From: a plasmid
Sequence record: NZ_CP044066.1
Reading direction: 5' to 3' (one strand)
Length of the DNA stretch: 64,000 nt
The position numbers were made by a program, and so were the translations under genes. The notes below the pieces were generated by a model, which saw only the letters and a list, made by a program, of their open reading frames with translations, ran no database searches and was not told where the DNA came from. This document shows positions 39,673 through 50,210 of the stretch, in pieces (within the stretch, counting starts at the first letter, position 1; every line of letters begins with the position of its first letter).

Positions 39673-40819
39673 ACTGGGTGCGCGGCTGGCACGAGCTTGG
39701 CAGTCTGCCGAGACGCGTGTGGCGCGCTTGCTAAGCGCCGATGCCTGGCCCATTCGTCTTGCGATCGGGCGGCCTGACGCCAAGACGTTCAGCAGCGACA
39801 CGCTCGCAGTGAAGCAGCACATCGAGCTCTGGCGTAGTGTGGAAGTAGGGGTGGTCCAATGGGAGACGGTGACATATCGTGCGGGCCGAGAGCCAGTTGA
39901 GATCCCCCGATACTGGGAAATCAGAACGCCGACGGAATGGGTGGGCGCCGCGGCGGATGAGACCATTCTCCGTGAGTTTCAGCGCTTGGGTGAGGCCGTA
40001 CAGCGTCTTGATGCAGACTTCCATGCATTGGTGGTACGTCAACGGCGATGGGCGGTAGAGTTATCCGAAGAGGAACTGGCCAAGGTCGGGGAGGTCGCAT
40101 TGACGCTTGGGCGAGGCATGGCGGCAGGGCGTCCGATCCGCGCGATAGCTGTATGCGGTATCGATAGCAAGTTCATTGAGCGTAATCGCACGCTCTTGTG
40201 CCAGATGCTCGATCTTCGTTTTGACGGCCTTGTGTCTGAAATAGGTCTCGAAGCATTCTTGGGCGCGATCGACGAGGATGATCGGTGGTTATTGGTTGTG
40301 CCACTGACTGCCGGAATCTTGCCTTTTCGCCAGCAACGCATTCGTGCCAGTGAGCTTGAGGGACTGCCGGGTACCGTGAAACACGTGGTGATTGTGGAGA
40401 ACGAACGAGCGCTATATCAGCTTCCGACTTTGCCGCATGCAGTGGCGATCCTTGGCGCAGGCCTGAGCTTGAATTGGGTGCGGGATCCGTGGTTGGATGG
40501 CAAACGGGTGGCCTATTGGGGGGATATGGATACCTGGGGCCTTACCATGCTGGCAACAGTGAGACGAGCCATACCCGATTTGGCCTCCATATTGATGGCC
40601 AAGCAATGCTTCGATAGGTATTCGGAGCTGTCCGTACGAGAACCCGTACCTGCTGGTGACAGCGTCCCTGCGGGTCTGACGATGTCGGAGGCTGAGTTCT
40701 ATCAATTCCTGCTTCTGCAGGAGCGAGGCCGGCTGGAACAGGAATTCCTCCCATCGGACGCGGTGCATACTGCTTTCTGGCAGTGGTACGGCGGCGAGAG
40801 CAACGGAGTGGGCTCCTGA
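39656..40819 (+). CDS. jetD: Wadjet JetD (MksG-like, DUF3322 + Toprim/DUF2220 nuclease)
   Basis: 387 aa. Toprim motifs ..HVVIVENERALYQL.. (catalytic E) and ..VAYWGDMDTWGL.. (DxD). Overlaps the jetC end by 17 nt. Confidence 0.85.
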   Translation: MKSPVELGARLARAWQSAETRVARLLSADAWPIRLAIGRPDAKTFSSDTLAVKQHIELWRSVEVGVVQWETVTYRAGREPVEIPRYWEIRTPTEWVGAAADETILREFQRLGEAVQRLDADFHALVVRQRRWAVELSEEELAKVGEVALTLGRGMAAGRPIRAIAVCGIDSKFIERNRTLLCQMLDLRFDGLVSEIGLEAFLGAIDEDDRWLLVVPLTAGILPFRQQRIRASELEGLPGTVKHVVIVENERALYQLPTLPHAVAILGAGLSLNWVRDPWLDGKRVAYWGDMDTWGLTMLATVRRAIPDLASILMAKQCFDRYSELSVREPVPAGDSVPAGLTMSEAEFYQFLLLQERGRLEQEFLPSDAVHTAFWQWYGGESNGVGS

Positions 40820-41321
40820 TAGTATTCTGTCCAAAGAAGGCCGTAGGGCATCGTTTCGTGAGGGTGCCGAGTGTGCTCGTTCATTGCGGAGTCGGAATCG
40901 CTTTTCAATCCGGCCCATCCGAACGCCATCAAGGCATCATGAAGCTGTGGGCGCGGTGCATGGCCCGCGCAACATCTGGTTACTCTCGGAGTCCGGGCTT
41001 AGATTTTTATAGGCTGTAGATTAGTTCGCGATGAAAACTGAGGCATCCCCAAGGATGCATTCGATCCGTGCGTATCCAAAGTGGCCCTTAACGGGTTTCC
41101 ATTCTTGATTCAGTGGGTTTCTCCCGCCCTTCCGGAGAACCTTATTCCACGAGGCCTCGCGGTGCGGGTTGCACGCGTCTCCCACACGGGTAGCTTCTAT
41201 CGCAACGCCTTGACGACTCGGGTACACCCTTCGAAAAATTATTAAGGCTCGCTCGCTTATAGATTCGTTGTCGCATGCGTGCTAGATTTGTCAGCTTTGA
41301 TGCGTTAAGTTGAGGTCTCCT

Positions 41322-42620
41322 ATGCTGGGCGATTTAGACGAGCTAGTGTTGCGGTGTCGTAATGAAAGAGCTCGTGTCCATATTGGTGAAGCGGTCACGG
41401 CCTATAAGGCTGGAGCGTACCGCTCGGCCGTCATTATGACTTGGGTGGCCCTTGCTTTCGATATTGTAGACAAACTTAAAGAGCTATCGATTAACGGCGA
41501 TGCCGCGGCAACAAAGACGATTGAAGAATACGAGCGCATACATAAAGACGGTGATATCTCCGCCTCACTAAAATTCGAGCGATCGCTTTTAGTCGTAGCG
41601 AAGAAGGATTTCGAGCTTTTCTCCGATTCTGAGTTGATCGAACTGGAGAGAATTCAGGAAGACAGAAACCGCTGTGCGCACCCGTCTCACAATATGGAAG
41701 GAGAGCCTTTTGCGCCGTCAGCCGAGCTTGCTCGCGCGCATATACGCGCTGCCATAGACTATGTGATGAAGAACGAGCCTGCTCAGGGTAGGCACGCGCT
41801 AGACATGGTCATGAAAATGCTCACGGGCGACTACTTTCCAACGAACCGTCGTAAGGCTTTCGAAGCGCTTGCTCACAGCCCTTTAATGACTGGGCGACAA
41901 TCGCTTGTCCGGGCTTTTTTGGTGGTTGTGTTGAAAGACTTGTTACGCGGCGCGGTGGAGAGTCGTAAGAGAGCCAAGTACATCAATGGCCTTTGGTTCG
42001 TTAAAGAGAAGCGCCCCGATTTGTGGCAATTGCTCTTCAACAACGAGTTCTCAGCCCTATCCAAGTCCCTTGATATTAAGGAGCACGGCGAGCGACTTCT
42101 GCTCATCTTGGCCCGCTTGCGGGATGGCTGGGGTGCCTTGTCGCCGGGAATCCGGGCCGGCTTAGTGCTGCTGGTACAGTCTCTGCCGGAGACCTCCATT
42201 GTGGACGTCGACGAGATTCTCCCATTGCCTGAGCTTCGGACGGCTGCCGTGACTCGGATAAAGAAGTTGTCTGCGGAGGATATCTCTCACATGCTTTTAG
42301 TGGAGGACATACCCGTTGAGATCGTTGATCATATTGTAGATTCCCTCTGCGCTGCAAAGAGTTACGCATCGGCAAACGGTTGGGTTGAGGCACTCGTCTC
42401 CGCATTATGGGCCGACTACGCGGCACTAACGCAGACGCACGCCGATCGCATCCTCGATTCAGTGATGAACAACCGACAGCTGAGAGACTGCGGCAAGCTA
42501 GATCAGCTCTTGAAATTCATTGCTAACCGCAGGTTTGGGCATGGTGTGAGGTGGAATAAAGTACTTGTGGCCACGGAGCGTGATCCATCAAACTACACGG
42601 CGCGAGACTCAGAAAAATAA
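41322..42620 (+). CDS. HEPN-domain (DUF4145/Swt1-like) protein with large C-terminal domain of unknown function; candidate defence effector
   Basis: N-terminus ..EAVTAYKAGAYRSAVIMTWVALAFDIVDKL.. then ..LIELERIQEDRNRCAHPSHN.. (R-N-x2-A-H HEPN motif). The tool ORF starts at TTG 41310, and the first ATG is 41322. AT-rich 5' flank. Confidence 0.55.
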   Translation: MLGDLDELVLRCRNERARVHIGEAVTAYKAGAYRSAVIMTWVALAFDIVDKLKELSINGDAAATKTIEEYERIHKDGDISASLKFERSLLVVAKKDFELFSDSELIELERIQEDRNRCAHPSHNMEGEPFAPSAELARAHIRAAIDYVMKNEPAQGRHALDMVMKMLTGDYFPTNRRKAFEALAHSPLMTGRQSLVRAFLVVVLKDLLRGAVESRKRAKYINGLWFVKEKRPDLWQLLFNNEFSALSKSLDIKEHGERLLLILARLRDGWGALSPGIRAGLVLLVQSLPETSIVDVDEILPLPELRTAAVTRIKKLSAEDISHMLLVEDIPVEIVDHIVDSLCAAKSYASANGWVEALVSALWADYAALTQTHADRILDSVMNNRQLRDCGKLDQLLKFIANRRFGHGVRWNKVLVATERDPSNYTARDSEK

Positions 42621-42817
42621 GATGCTCAATTGCGTCTTTTCGCTTTTCGTGTATTGCTGAGCAGCTATTAGGAGGCTGCAAATCTGTTGGCGTATTGCCC
42701 GTCGGTCTGGCCGCCCAACTGACGCCCCGACACCTGAGTGCCACCCTGTACTTCGAACGCATAGAGATTTTGTAGAGCGCAATTTTCTTCTTCAGGGATT
42801 GCGTTCCTTGCGTTTCC

Positions 42818-44910
42818 ATGGGCGCAACGCTGCGCCTGAACGGCGGCTTCTACCTGGGCGGCCGGCAGGTCGTCAATCGATCCGGCTACATCAACCTCTA
42901 CGGAGCCGGCACACTCGGCAATGCCCAGGTGACGAACCTCGGCGGGTTCACGTACCTGCTCGGCAGCAGCACGGCGGCCAATGCAGCACCGGCGGTAACA
43001 GCCAGGTCACCACCCGCAGTGGCAGCTATACCGAGTTCTGGGGCTGGAGTACCGCTGGCAACGCCTCGCTGGTGACGGACGCGGGTGGCTGGGTCGACTT
43101 CTCGGGCACATCCGGTCCGGCTTTCGACCACCGGATCACCGCAGGCGCCATCGCGGGGGCGGGGCGCTTCCAGCTCGGCCAGAACGCCTTGACCGTGGGC
43201 GGCAACAACACCTCCACCACGGTGAGCGGCACGATCGAGGATGGCGGTGCCGGTGGAGGCACCGGCGGCGGGCTGATCAAGATCGGCACCGGCACGCTGA
43301 CGCTGAGCGGCACGAATACCTATACCGGTGCGACTCAGGTCAGCGCCGGCACGCTGGCCGTGAACGGTAGCGTGCCCGGTGCGGTCACGGTGAACAATGG
43401 CGCCACGCTGAGCGGCGCCGGCAGCGTGGGCAGTACCTTGATTGCATCAGGCGGCACGCGGGCCCCGGGCAATTCTATCGGCACGCTCACCGTCAATGGC
43501 GACTTGATGCTGGCCTCCGGTTCGACCTATCGCGTGGAAGCAGACCCGGCCTCCTCGGCGAGCAACCGTGTGGCGGTGAGCGGTACGGCCACACTCGGCG
43601 GCGCGGTGGTCCATGTCGGCCCCGACGGCAACTTCGCGTCCACGCGCCGCTACAGCATCCTGACGGCTGGGATGGTGCAGGGCCGCTTTGCGTCGGTCAG
43701 CTCGAACTACGCGTTCCTTGACCCGACGCTGACCTATGGCCCCAACGAGGTCACCCTAGCACTCGCACGCAAGGACGTGACGGACCCGGTCTCGCCCGTC
43801 TCGCCGGTCGATCCGGGCGCAGGTGGTGGCACTGGCGGAGGCGGCCCGCGCCCGATGCGCTTTGCCGACGCTGCGGTCACCGGCAACCAGCGTGCCGTGG
43901 CCAACGCACTAGAGACCCTGTCGGACAGCAACCCGGTGCACGAAGCCGTGGTGACGCTGCCCGAGGGCGCGCCGCCGGCCGTCTTCGACAGCCTCTCCGG
44001 TGAGGCCCACGCCAGCGTGGCCACGGGTCTGATGACCCTGGCGGGTGGCGCGCGGGCGCTGCCGCTGGCGCATTTGAACGACAGCCTGTCCGCCGGCATG
44101 CTGCCCGGCGCGCACGTCGCCCAGCTAGGCGGCCCTCTGCCGGCCGCAGCGTTACCCGTATCCGCGTCCCAGCCACTGTGGGTGGAGGTGATTGGCAACT
44201 GGCAGACCTTCGATGGGAGTGCCGCCGCGGCGCGCGTGCGCCAGCAGACGGGCGGCTTCTATCTGGGTGGCGACGGAGCGATGGGGAAAGACTGGCGCAT
44301 CGGCGGGGCATTCGGCTACGCCAACAGCACGCTGCGCGTGAGCAAACGCTCCTCGCGCGCCATCACCGATTCCTTCAGCGCCACGCTCTATAGCGGCCGC
44401 GCCTTCGCGCTCGGCGGCGGCAAGCTCAAATGGCTGTTCGGCACCGCCTATAGCTGGCACGAGGCCAACACCGACCGGCAGGCCAACCTCGGCGGCAGCA
44501 CGGTCCAGTCCTTGACGGCCAGCTATCATGCCAGCACGGCGCAGGTCTTCACGGAAGCCGGCTACGCCGTGCCGCTATCACCGGCAACCCAGCTTGAACC
44601 GTATGCCGGCGTGGCATGGAGCGATACACGCACGCGCAGCTTCGCGGAGACGGGCGGCTCGGCGGCCCTGCACAGCCCCGGCGATAGCAACACCCTGACC
44701 ACCACAACGCTAGGCCTGCGCACTAGCGTGCGGGTTCAGTTTGGTGGCTCCGAGGCGGCATTCTACGTCGGGGCGGGCTGGCGCCATGCATTCGGCGACG
44801 TGCGCCCGGCTACCACGCTGGCCTTCGACGGCAGCCAACCGTATACCGGCCAGTTCGGCGGCGGCAACCAGGACCATACCGGGACGGTGGGAGTGCGGTG
44901 GAGGTTTTAA
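42818..44910 (+). pseudogene. autotransporter (type Va) adhesin, 5'-truncated and frameshifted near 43000
   Basis: Passenger repeats ..GTGTLTLSGTNTYTGATQVSAGTLAVNGSV..GNSIGTLTVNGDL.., pertactin-like region, and C-terminal beta-barrel ending ..GVRWRF. No signal peptide. The first part is read in a different frame (42818-43075), then frame 42799 takes over. Confidence 0.75.
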
Positions 44911-45425
44911 ACATCGCGCTCCGGGTTGGATCACCACCTGATTGCCTAGGCAATGCCCGGCAAGCCGCGTCGTTGAGCCGAAAGCGCAGCATGCGCGGTA
45001 CACCTATTGACGCGACGAAGATGTGTTAAAGACATCGCGACTCCTCTGCAGGGCGAGCGTGTGATCAAAGATGAAAGCCTGGGATAGATTCCGGCGTTAA
45101 GGTTTAGGGCTTCCTCTGTCCATGCGATGCGACAATGGTCGCCCCGGTGGCGATGGCAAGCCAGCCCGCGTGCCGGCGATGCGCGATCTTCCCGAAAGAT
45201 GGCGCATCGCCGACTGTGCGACAAACTGACTGGAATGTGGAAGGACGGTGCAGGCGGGCGATTTCGCGCAGCGATTCACAATCAAGGCGACGATCTCATA
45301 CGCGCTGGAAAATATCCCGGTTCTGGTTACGGAGCCCTCTGTCGAACAGACTATCGTGAGTGTGCGCAGCTTGCTTGACAAGCTGGAAGCACTAATCACG
45401 ATACGACGTCGCGGCGAGCGGCTTT

Positions 45426-45941
45426 TCAGCCGACCTCAATGATGATGGATACGCGACGATTTTCCGCTCTGCCTAACGCGGTGCGATTATCCGCAATCGG
45501 CATGGATTTTCCCAGTCCGCGTATATGGATACGCTCTTGCGAATATCCGGCACGCTCGAGCAGCCGGGCCACAGCGGTCGCCCGACGCACCGACAGTTGC
45601 TGGTTATATTCCGCGCTACCCTTGTCGTCGGTATGCCCGTGCACATTGAGGTCGTTGATGCCTGCATCGGCAAGTAAGCGCCCAAGTCGCAGCAGTGGCG
45701 CCTCACGGTCGGCAGCAATGAAGTCTTCATCGACGCCAAACAGTACTTTCTCAGCCAACCCGAGTTCCCAGCCATTTTCCGTCAGCTTGAAGCCTTCGCT
45801 TTGCAGCAAGGCTACTTGAGCTGGAGTTAGCTTGTTGTGACGAGACTCCCGCGTTGCACAGCCGACCAATGAAAGCGCGGCTAACGAGGTGAAGAAGTGC
45901 AAGAGAATGCGACGCGACTGAAAGGTGGGTTGGTATGACAT
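45426..45941 (-). CDS. OmpA-family lipoprotein (peptidoglycan-binding)
   Basis: Lipobox LSLVGCA. OmpA_C motif ..NDLNVHGHTDDKGSAEYNQQLSVRRATAVARLL.. Confidence 0.85.
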   Translation of the reverse strand: MSYQPTFQSRRILLHFFTSLAALSLVGCATRESRHNKLTPAQVALLQSEGFKLTENGWELGLAEKVLFGVDEDFIAADREAPLLRLGRLLADAGINDLNVHGHTDDKGSAEYNQQLSVRRATAVARLLERAGYSQERIHIRGLGKSMPIADNRTALGRAENRRVSIIIEVG

Positions 45942-46060
45942 GAGTAGCTATCCGGTTCGCCGCGCGACGCGAGACTCGGCGTCATCCCGCGAGTAAGCGG
46001 AAGCGGCATATGACAATGTGGCATTGTGTCGAATAAGCATGCTTATCGTCTTCCCGACGC

Positions 46061-46420
46061 ATGGGGGATACGATCGTCGGCTATGCGGCAGCGCACCGCG
46101 CTCGCCGAGCTTTCTTCACTCGCCGGCCACACGTTAGGGCGCCACCCCCGTCATGCAGAGGTGCGGGCGGACGAGTCACCTTGGTCCCGGCTGTGGACAT
46201 TGTGGAAGACACTAATGGCGTTACGTTGTGGGCTGACCTCCCAGGCGTGAGCCGCGAAAATCTTCAGGTCAGTTCCAACGAGGGTGCATTGCACATCGAA
46301 GGGCAGGCGGTCGTGCCGACGCCCTCGGGTCTTCGCGTGCAGCATGCGGAAATTCGCCAACCTCACTTTGCGAGGTCGTTCTCGTTGAGACCGGACCGCC
46401 GTCCGGGCACCGAAACTTAG
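46061..46420 (+). CDS. Hsp20/alpha-crystallin-like small heat-shock protein (possibly aberrant/truncated)
   Basis: ..VPAVDIVEDTNGVTLWADLPGVSRENLQVSSNEGALHIEGQ.. is the alpha-crystallin core. The ends are atypical. Confidence 0.45.
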   Translation: MGDTIVGYAAAHRARRAFFTRRPHVRAPPPSCRGAGGRVTLVPAVDIVEDTNGVTLWADLPGVSRENLQVSSNEGALHIEGQAVVPTPSGLRVQHAEIRQPHFARSFSLRPDRRPGTET

Positions 46421-46612
46421 CCCGCAGGTGCCGATTCAAGAAAAATGAGGTCCCGGACGTAATTCAATGGGAGCCATAGCGGCCACCAAGAAGGGAGCCG
46501 GGCTAGTCTCCGCTGTTCGGGGACAGGCAGCACGCGCCAGCGCCGTGATAGTCGCGCGCAGGGCGCCGGGCGATAGCGCCGGGCTACAACCAGAACATTA
46601 CGGGTCGGATCC

Positions 46613-48628
46613 ATGTTTCCACGTCTTCCTGCCGGCGCACGCGCGTTCGGTATTGCCTTGCTTGCGACTGCGGTACTTGCTGCCTGCGGTTCCGATGACA
46701 ATGCCACTCCCGCCCAGTCAGCTACGCCGGGCGCCACCAAGGTTGTCGTAGACACAAGCAGCGCTGCGCCGGTAGCAGGCACCACGCTGACGCTGAAGGC
46801 GACGGTGTTTGCCGCCGATGGGAATGAGGTGAAAGGAGCAAGCTTCGCCTGGACGTCTTCCGACGAATCGGTTGCCGTGGTCACAGGGGCTTCGGACAAG
46901 TCGCCGGCAGGAATCTCGGCTTCGGTTCTGGTCGGCACCTATGCCACGGTGCAGACCCGCAATGCTGGCGTAGCCGATATCACGGCCACGGCGACGCTTG
47001 CCGATGGCGGCCGAGCTACCGCGGTTACGCATCTGGTAGTGCAATCGGCGCCCGCAAAGTCGTACACGCTGACGCTGTCGCCCGCGACCCTGACAGTGAC
47101 CGCCGGCGCGGCGGCTCAAACCGTGACCGCCGCCGTGCGGCGCTCGGATGGCGTCGATGGTATCGCCGACCTGATCAACTGGTCGTGGAGCACCGGCGAT
47201 ATCACTTTCCCCGTGACCGCCGCAGTGGACGGCCGTTCAGCACAGATCAGCAGTCCATCATCTGCCACGCTGGGTGGCTCCGCCGTGCTCGCCGCCTGCG
47301 CGGATACACCCACAGGAGCCCGCCTGTGCGGCAACGCCGCGCTGGCCCGCCCGACCACGGTGCCGCTGCCGACTTACACGGTGGGCGGTACGGTGTCCGG
47401 TCTGGCCGCGGGGAAGAGCCTGATGCTGGCCGGGGCCAACGGCGATACGGCGGTCGTCAGCGCCGGCGGGGCGTTCTCATTCCCCACCGGGCTTGTCGCC
47501 GGGACGCTGTACGGCGTCACGGTGTCTGGCCAGCCTGCCGGGCAGACCTGCACTGTGCAGAACGGCAGCGGCACCATCGCCGGCACCAACGTTACCGATG
47601 TGACGATCAACTGCGTGCAGGCCCAGTTCGTGGTCGTGCCCAACAGCGTGGATTTTAAGATTTCGGTCTATCGGATCGATCCGCGCAACGGAACGCTTGC
47701 CGCAGTGCCTGGCAGCCCGTTCGCCACAACGAGAAAGGTGACTGACATCGCCTTCCTGCCGTCGGGGCTGGTGGGCTACGCGATCATGCGCGACGACGAC
47801 GCGGTGGAGGCATACCAGCTGGATCCAGCCACTGGCGCCCTGAGCGTTATCTCTGGCACGAGCGCGCCGACCTCCCCGATGCCGGAGGTTATCTCCGTGC
47901 ATCCCACGGGCAAGTGGTTAATTATTGGCGCAGGGCGCACTGTCCTCGCATTCAGCATCAACCCCCTCACCAACACGGCGACAGCTACTGGACAGGGGTA
48001 CTGGAGCGGTGACTTGAGCGGTCGTACATCAGGTGTTGCCGTGTCGCCGAATGGTCGGTTTATCTATTCGGTGAACACCACAACGGACGAGGTGTGGTCC
48101 ATGGCCTTTGATCCGTTGCTCGGCACAGTCTATTTGCCAGACACGACGCCACCCACTGGCTCAGGCGCGCGTAGCGCTGTGGTGTCTGCCGATGGCCGGA
48201 TGCTGTACTCGCTGAACATGTCCAGCAACACAATCGGCGTCGGCGCTATCGACCCCGTTAGGGGTGCCGTGACCGCGATTGACGTTTTCCCGACCATGCT
48301 TTCGCCCACCGACATCGTGCTCGCCCCGTCGGGTCCGTTTGCCTATGTCCTGACTGGGGGGCAGACTGCAAATGGGATTCAGGTGGTGCGGCGCAATCTG
48401 ACGACGGGTTTGTTCGATCAGAACCTGGGGAGCACGCCCACCGGCTTCAACGCGCAACGCCTGCACGTCGATCCGAGCGGGCGCTTCCTGTATTCGCCGT
48501 CCTTCCTCGGCGAGCTCTACGGCTTCGCAATCAATTCAACCACCGGTGCGCTGACACCGGTGCCGGGCAGTCCATTCCCCACGGGCAATGGCAATATCGG
48601 CATGGCGATTGTCGAGCCGCTGCCATAG
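46613..48628 (+). CDS. lipoprotein with N-terminal Ig-like (Big_2-type) domains and C-terminal 7-bladed beta-propeller (lactonase/YVTN family)
   Basis: Lipobox LAACGSDD. Repeated beta-strand-rich A/T/V segments. C-terminal blades ..GVAVSPNGRFIYSVN.. ..VVSADGRMLYSLN.. ..IVLAPSGPFAYVL.. ..HVDPSGRFLYSP.. Confidence 0.7.
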   Translation: MFPRLPAGARAFGIALLATAVLAACGSDDNATPAQSATPGATKVVVDTSSAAPVAGTTLTLKATVFAADGNEVKGASFAWTSSDESVAVVTGASDKSPAGISASVLVGTYATVQTRNAGVADITATATLADGGRATAVTHLVVQSAPAKSYTLTLSPATLTVTAGAAAQTVTAAVRRSDGVDGIADLINWSWSTGDITFPVTAAVDGRSAQISSPSSATLGGSAVLAACADTPTGARLCGNAALARPTTVPLPTYTVGGTVSGLAAGKSLMLAGANGDTAVVSAGGAFSFPTGLVAGTLYGVTVSGQPAGQTCTVQNGSGTIAGTNVTDVTINCVQAQFVVVPNSVDFKISVYRIDPRNGTLAAVPGSPFATTRKVTDIAFLPSGLVGYAIMRDDDAVEAYQLDPATGALSVISGTSAPTSPMPEVISVHPTGKWLIIGAGRTVLAFSINPLTNTATATGQGYWSGDLSGRTSGVAVSPNGRFIYSVNTTTDEVWSMAFDPLLGTVYLPDTTPPTGSGARSAVVSADGRMLYSLNMSSNTIGVGAIDPVRGAVTAIDVFPTMLSPTDIVLAPSGPFAYVLTGGQTANGIQVVRRNLTTGLFDQNLGSTPTGFNAQRLHVDPSGRFLYSPSFLGELYGFAINSTTGALTPVPGSPFPTGNGNIGMAIVEPLP

Positions 48629-48699
48629 AGCGTCGGACGCAACGGTCCGCGACAGACACCTCGCACCATCCAATGGAAAACTTCGGCGGCACCCGATGG

Positions 48700-49200
48700 G
48701 CTGTCGAATATGCCGGACCGGTATTTCTATATCAATACAGGTGGAGTCCTTGTTTCCACGGGCTCTTGTCGGCGCGCGCGCTGCCGGCCTTGCCGTGTGC
48801 TCAGCGCGGCGCTGCTCGCCGCCTGCGGCACCGACGACAATCGCCGACGCCAGCCACCACGCCGGCAGCTTCGCGCTTGGTGGCCGACACCGGGAAGGCC
48901 GCACCTGTTGCTGGTGGCAGGCTGACCTTCAAGGCGACATTGCTCGCTGCCAATGGCACGGAATTGAAGGGCGCTGGCTTCGCGTGGACGTCGTCGGATC
49001 CGGCCGTGGCCACCGTGCTGCCACGGACAAGGCTCCAGCCGCTTCGGTGATGGCGACGGCCGCTGCTCCGGTCGGCATTTTCGCCACCACTTAGACGCTT
49101 GCCGCCGGCGGGGCCGACATCAAAGCCACGGCGACGCTCGCCGATGGGAGCCGTGTCATCAGTATGACGCACCTGGCAGTGCAGGCGGCACTGTCAAGCA
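48700..49200 (+). pseudogene. degenerate paralog fragment of the N-terminus of 46613-48628
   Basis: Frameshifted ..LAACGTDDN.. ..VADTGKAAPVAGGRLTFKATLLAANGTELKGAGFAWTSSDPAVATV.. ..TATLADGSRVISMTHLAVQAA compared with VVDTSSAAPVAGTTLTLKATVFAADGNEVKGASFAWTSSDESVAVV..TATLADGGRATAVTHLVVQSA. Confidence 0.55.
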
Positions 49201-49272
49201 GGATGGCGAGCGCAGTGAGGCGGAGTCCTGACGGTTGCTTGTTTGGCAATTTGCCGTTAATATCAGGGCATA

Positions 49273-49743
49273 TTGCCGGAGCCTGTCATGCGAACCATCG
49301 CCTTTCACCCATCAGGCGCTCAGGCGCCTTATGAACGCTACCTCGAAGACTTGAGTGCTTTTTTGAGCACTAAGGTGCGCGGCGGCGCCGATCTGGCGAC
49401 GTTGGCGAGTGACAGGCTGCCGGCAGAGACACTCGAGCGTCTGCTCGAGACGGGTCTCTCGTGGGACGAAGTCGCCTTCATCATTCCCCGGCGGACGCTG
49501 AGTCATCGTCGGGAGAAGGGCCAACCGCTGACGGTGGAGGAATCAGACAAAGCCATTCGGCTGGCTCGGATTCTTGCCCTGGCGGTGAACACGTTCGGTG
49601 ATGTCGAGCGCGGATTGAACTGGTTGCGTCAAAAGCAGCAGCGGCTCGGCGGGATGGCGCCGTTGTCTCTGGCTGGGACCGAGCAAGGGGCGCATCTCGT
49701 CGAGGAGCAACTCGTGCAAATCGACGAAGGGTACTTTGCCTGA
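49273..49743 (+). CDS. Xre/ParS(MbcA)-type antitoxin (DUF2384) of RES-Xre toxin-antitoxin
   Basis: 156 aa. Stop/start overlap with the downstream RES toxin (..TGATGA..). Confidence 0.65.
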   Translation: MPEPVMRTIAFHPSGAQAPYERYLEDLSAFLSTKVRGGADLATLASDRLPAETLERLLETGLSWDEVAFIIPRRTLSHRREKGQPLTVEESDKAIRLARILALAVNTFGDVERGLNWLRQKQQRLGGMAPLSLAGTEQGAHLVEEQLVQIDEGYFA

Positions 49744-50210
49744 TGATCCTTTGGCGAATCAGCAACTACGCGGATCTCAAAGGCGTCGGTGGACTGCGCG
49801 CAGGAGGACGATGGCATTTCCCCGGTCAGCCGGTTGTGTATCTTGCAGAACACCCTGCGCTTGCGCTCCTTGAGGTGTTAGTTCACCACGAGCTCTCGAG
49901 AATCGAGGATCTGCCGAGAAACTACCAGCTCTTGAAAGTCGAGGTTGATGACGCCATCGCGGTCGCTAGCATTGCGGACCTGCCGGCAGACTGGAAGCAG
50001 AACGCCGGCTGGTCGAAGAATGCCGGCACGGAATGGCTGTCCGTCCGATCCAGTCTGCTCCTGAAGGTGCCGAGCGTCCTAGTGCCTTACGCGTCGAATT
50101 ACGTTTTTAACCCATCGCATCCGGATGCGGAGAAGGCTCGCATCCTCGAGGCCGAGCGCGTCGAGCATGATCCGCGCATCCTTTCACTGCTCTCTGAGCC
50201 GCGGGCATGA
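49743..50210 (+). CDS. RES-domain toxin (ParT/MbcT-like NAD+-targeting)
   Basis: ..GGRWHFPGQPVVYLAEHPALALLEVLVH.. with R-E-S signature residues. 155 aa. Confidence 0.85.
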   Translation: MILWRISNYADLKGVGGLRAGGRWHFPGQPVVYLAEHPALALLEVLVHHELSRIEDLPRNYQLLKVEVDDAIAVASIADLPADWKQNAGWSKNAGTEWLSVRSSLLLKVPSVLVPYASNYVFNPSHPDAEKARILEAERVEHDPRILSLLSEPRA

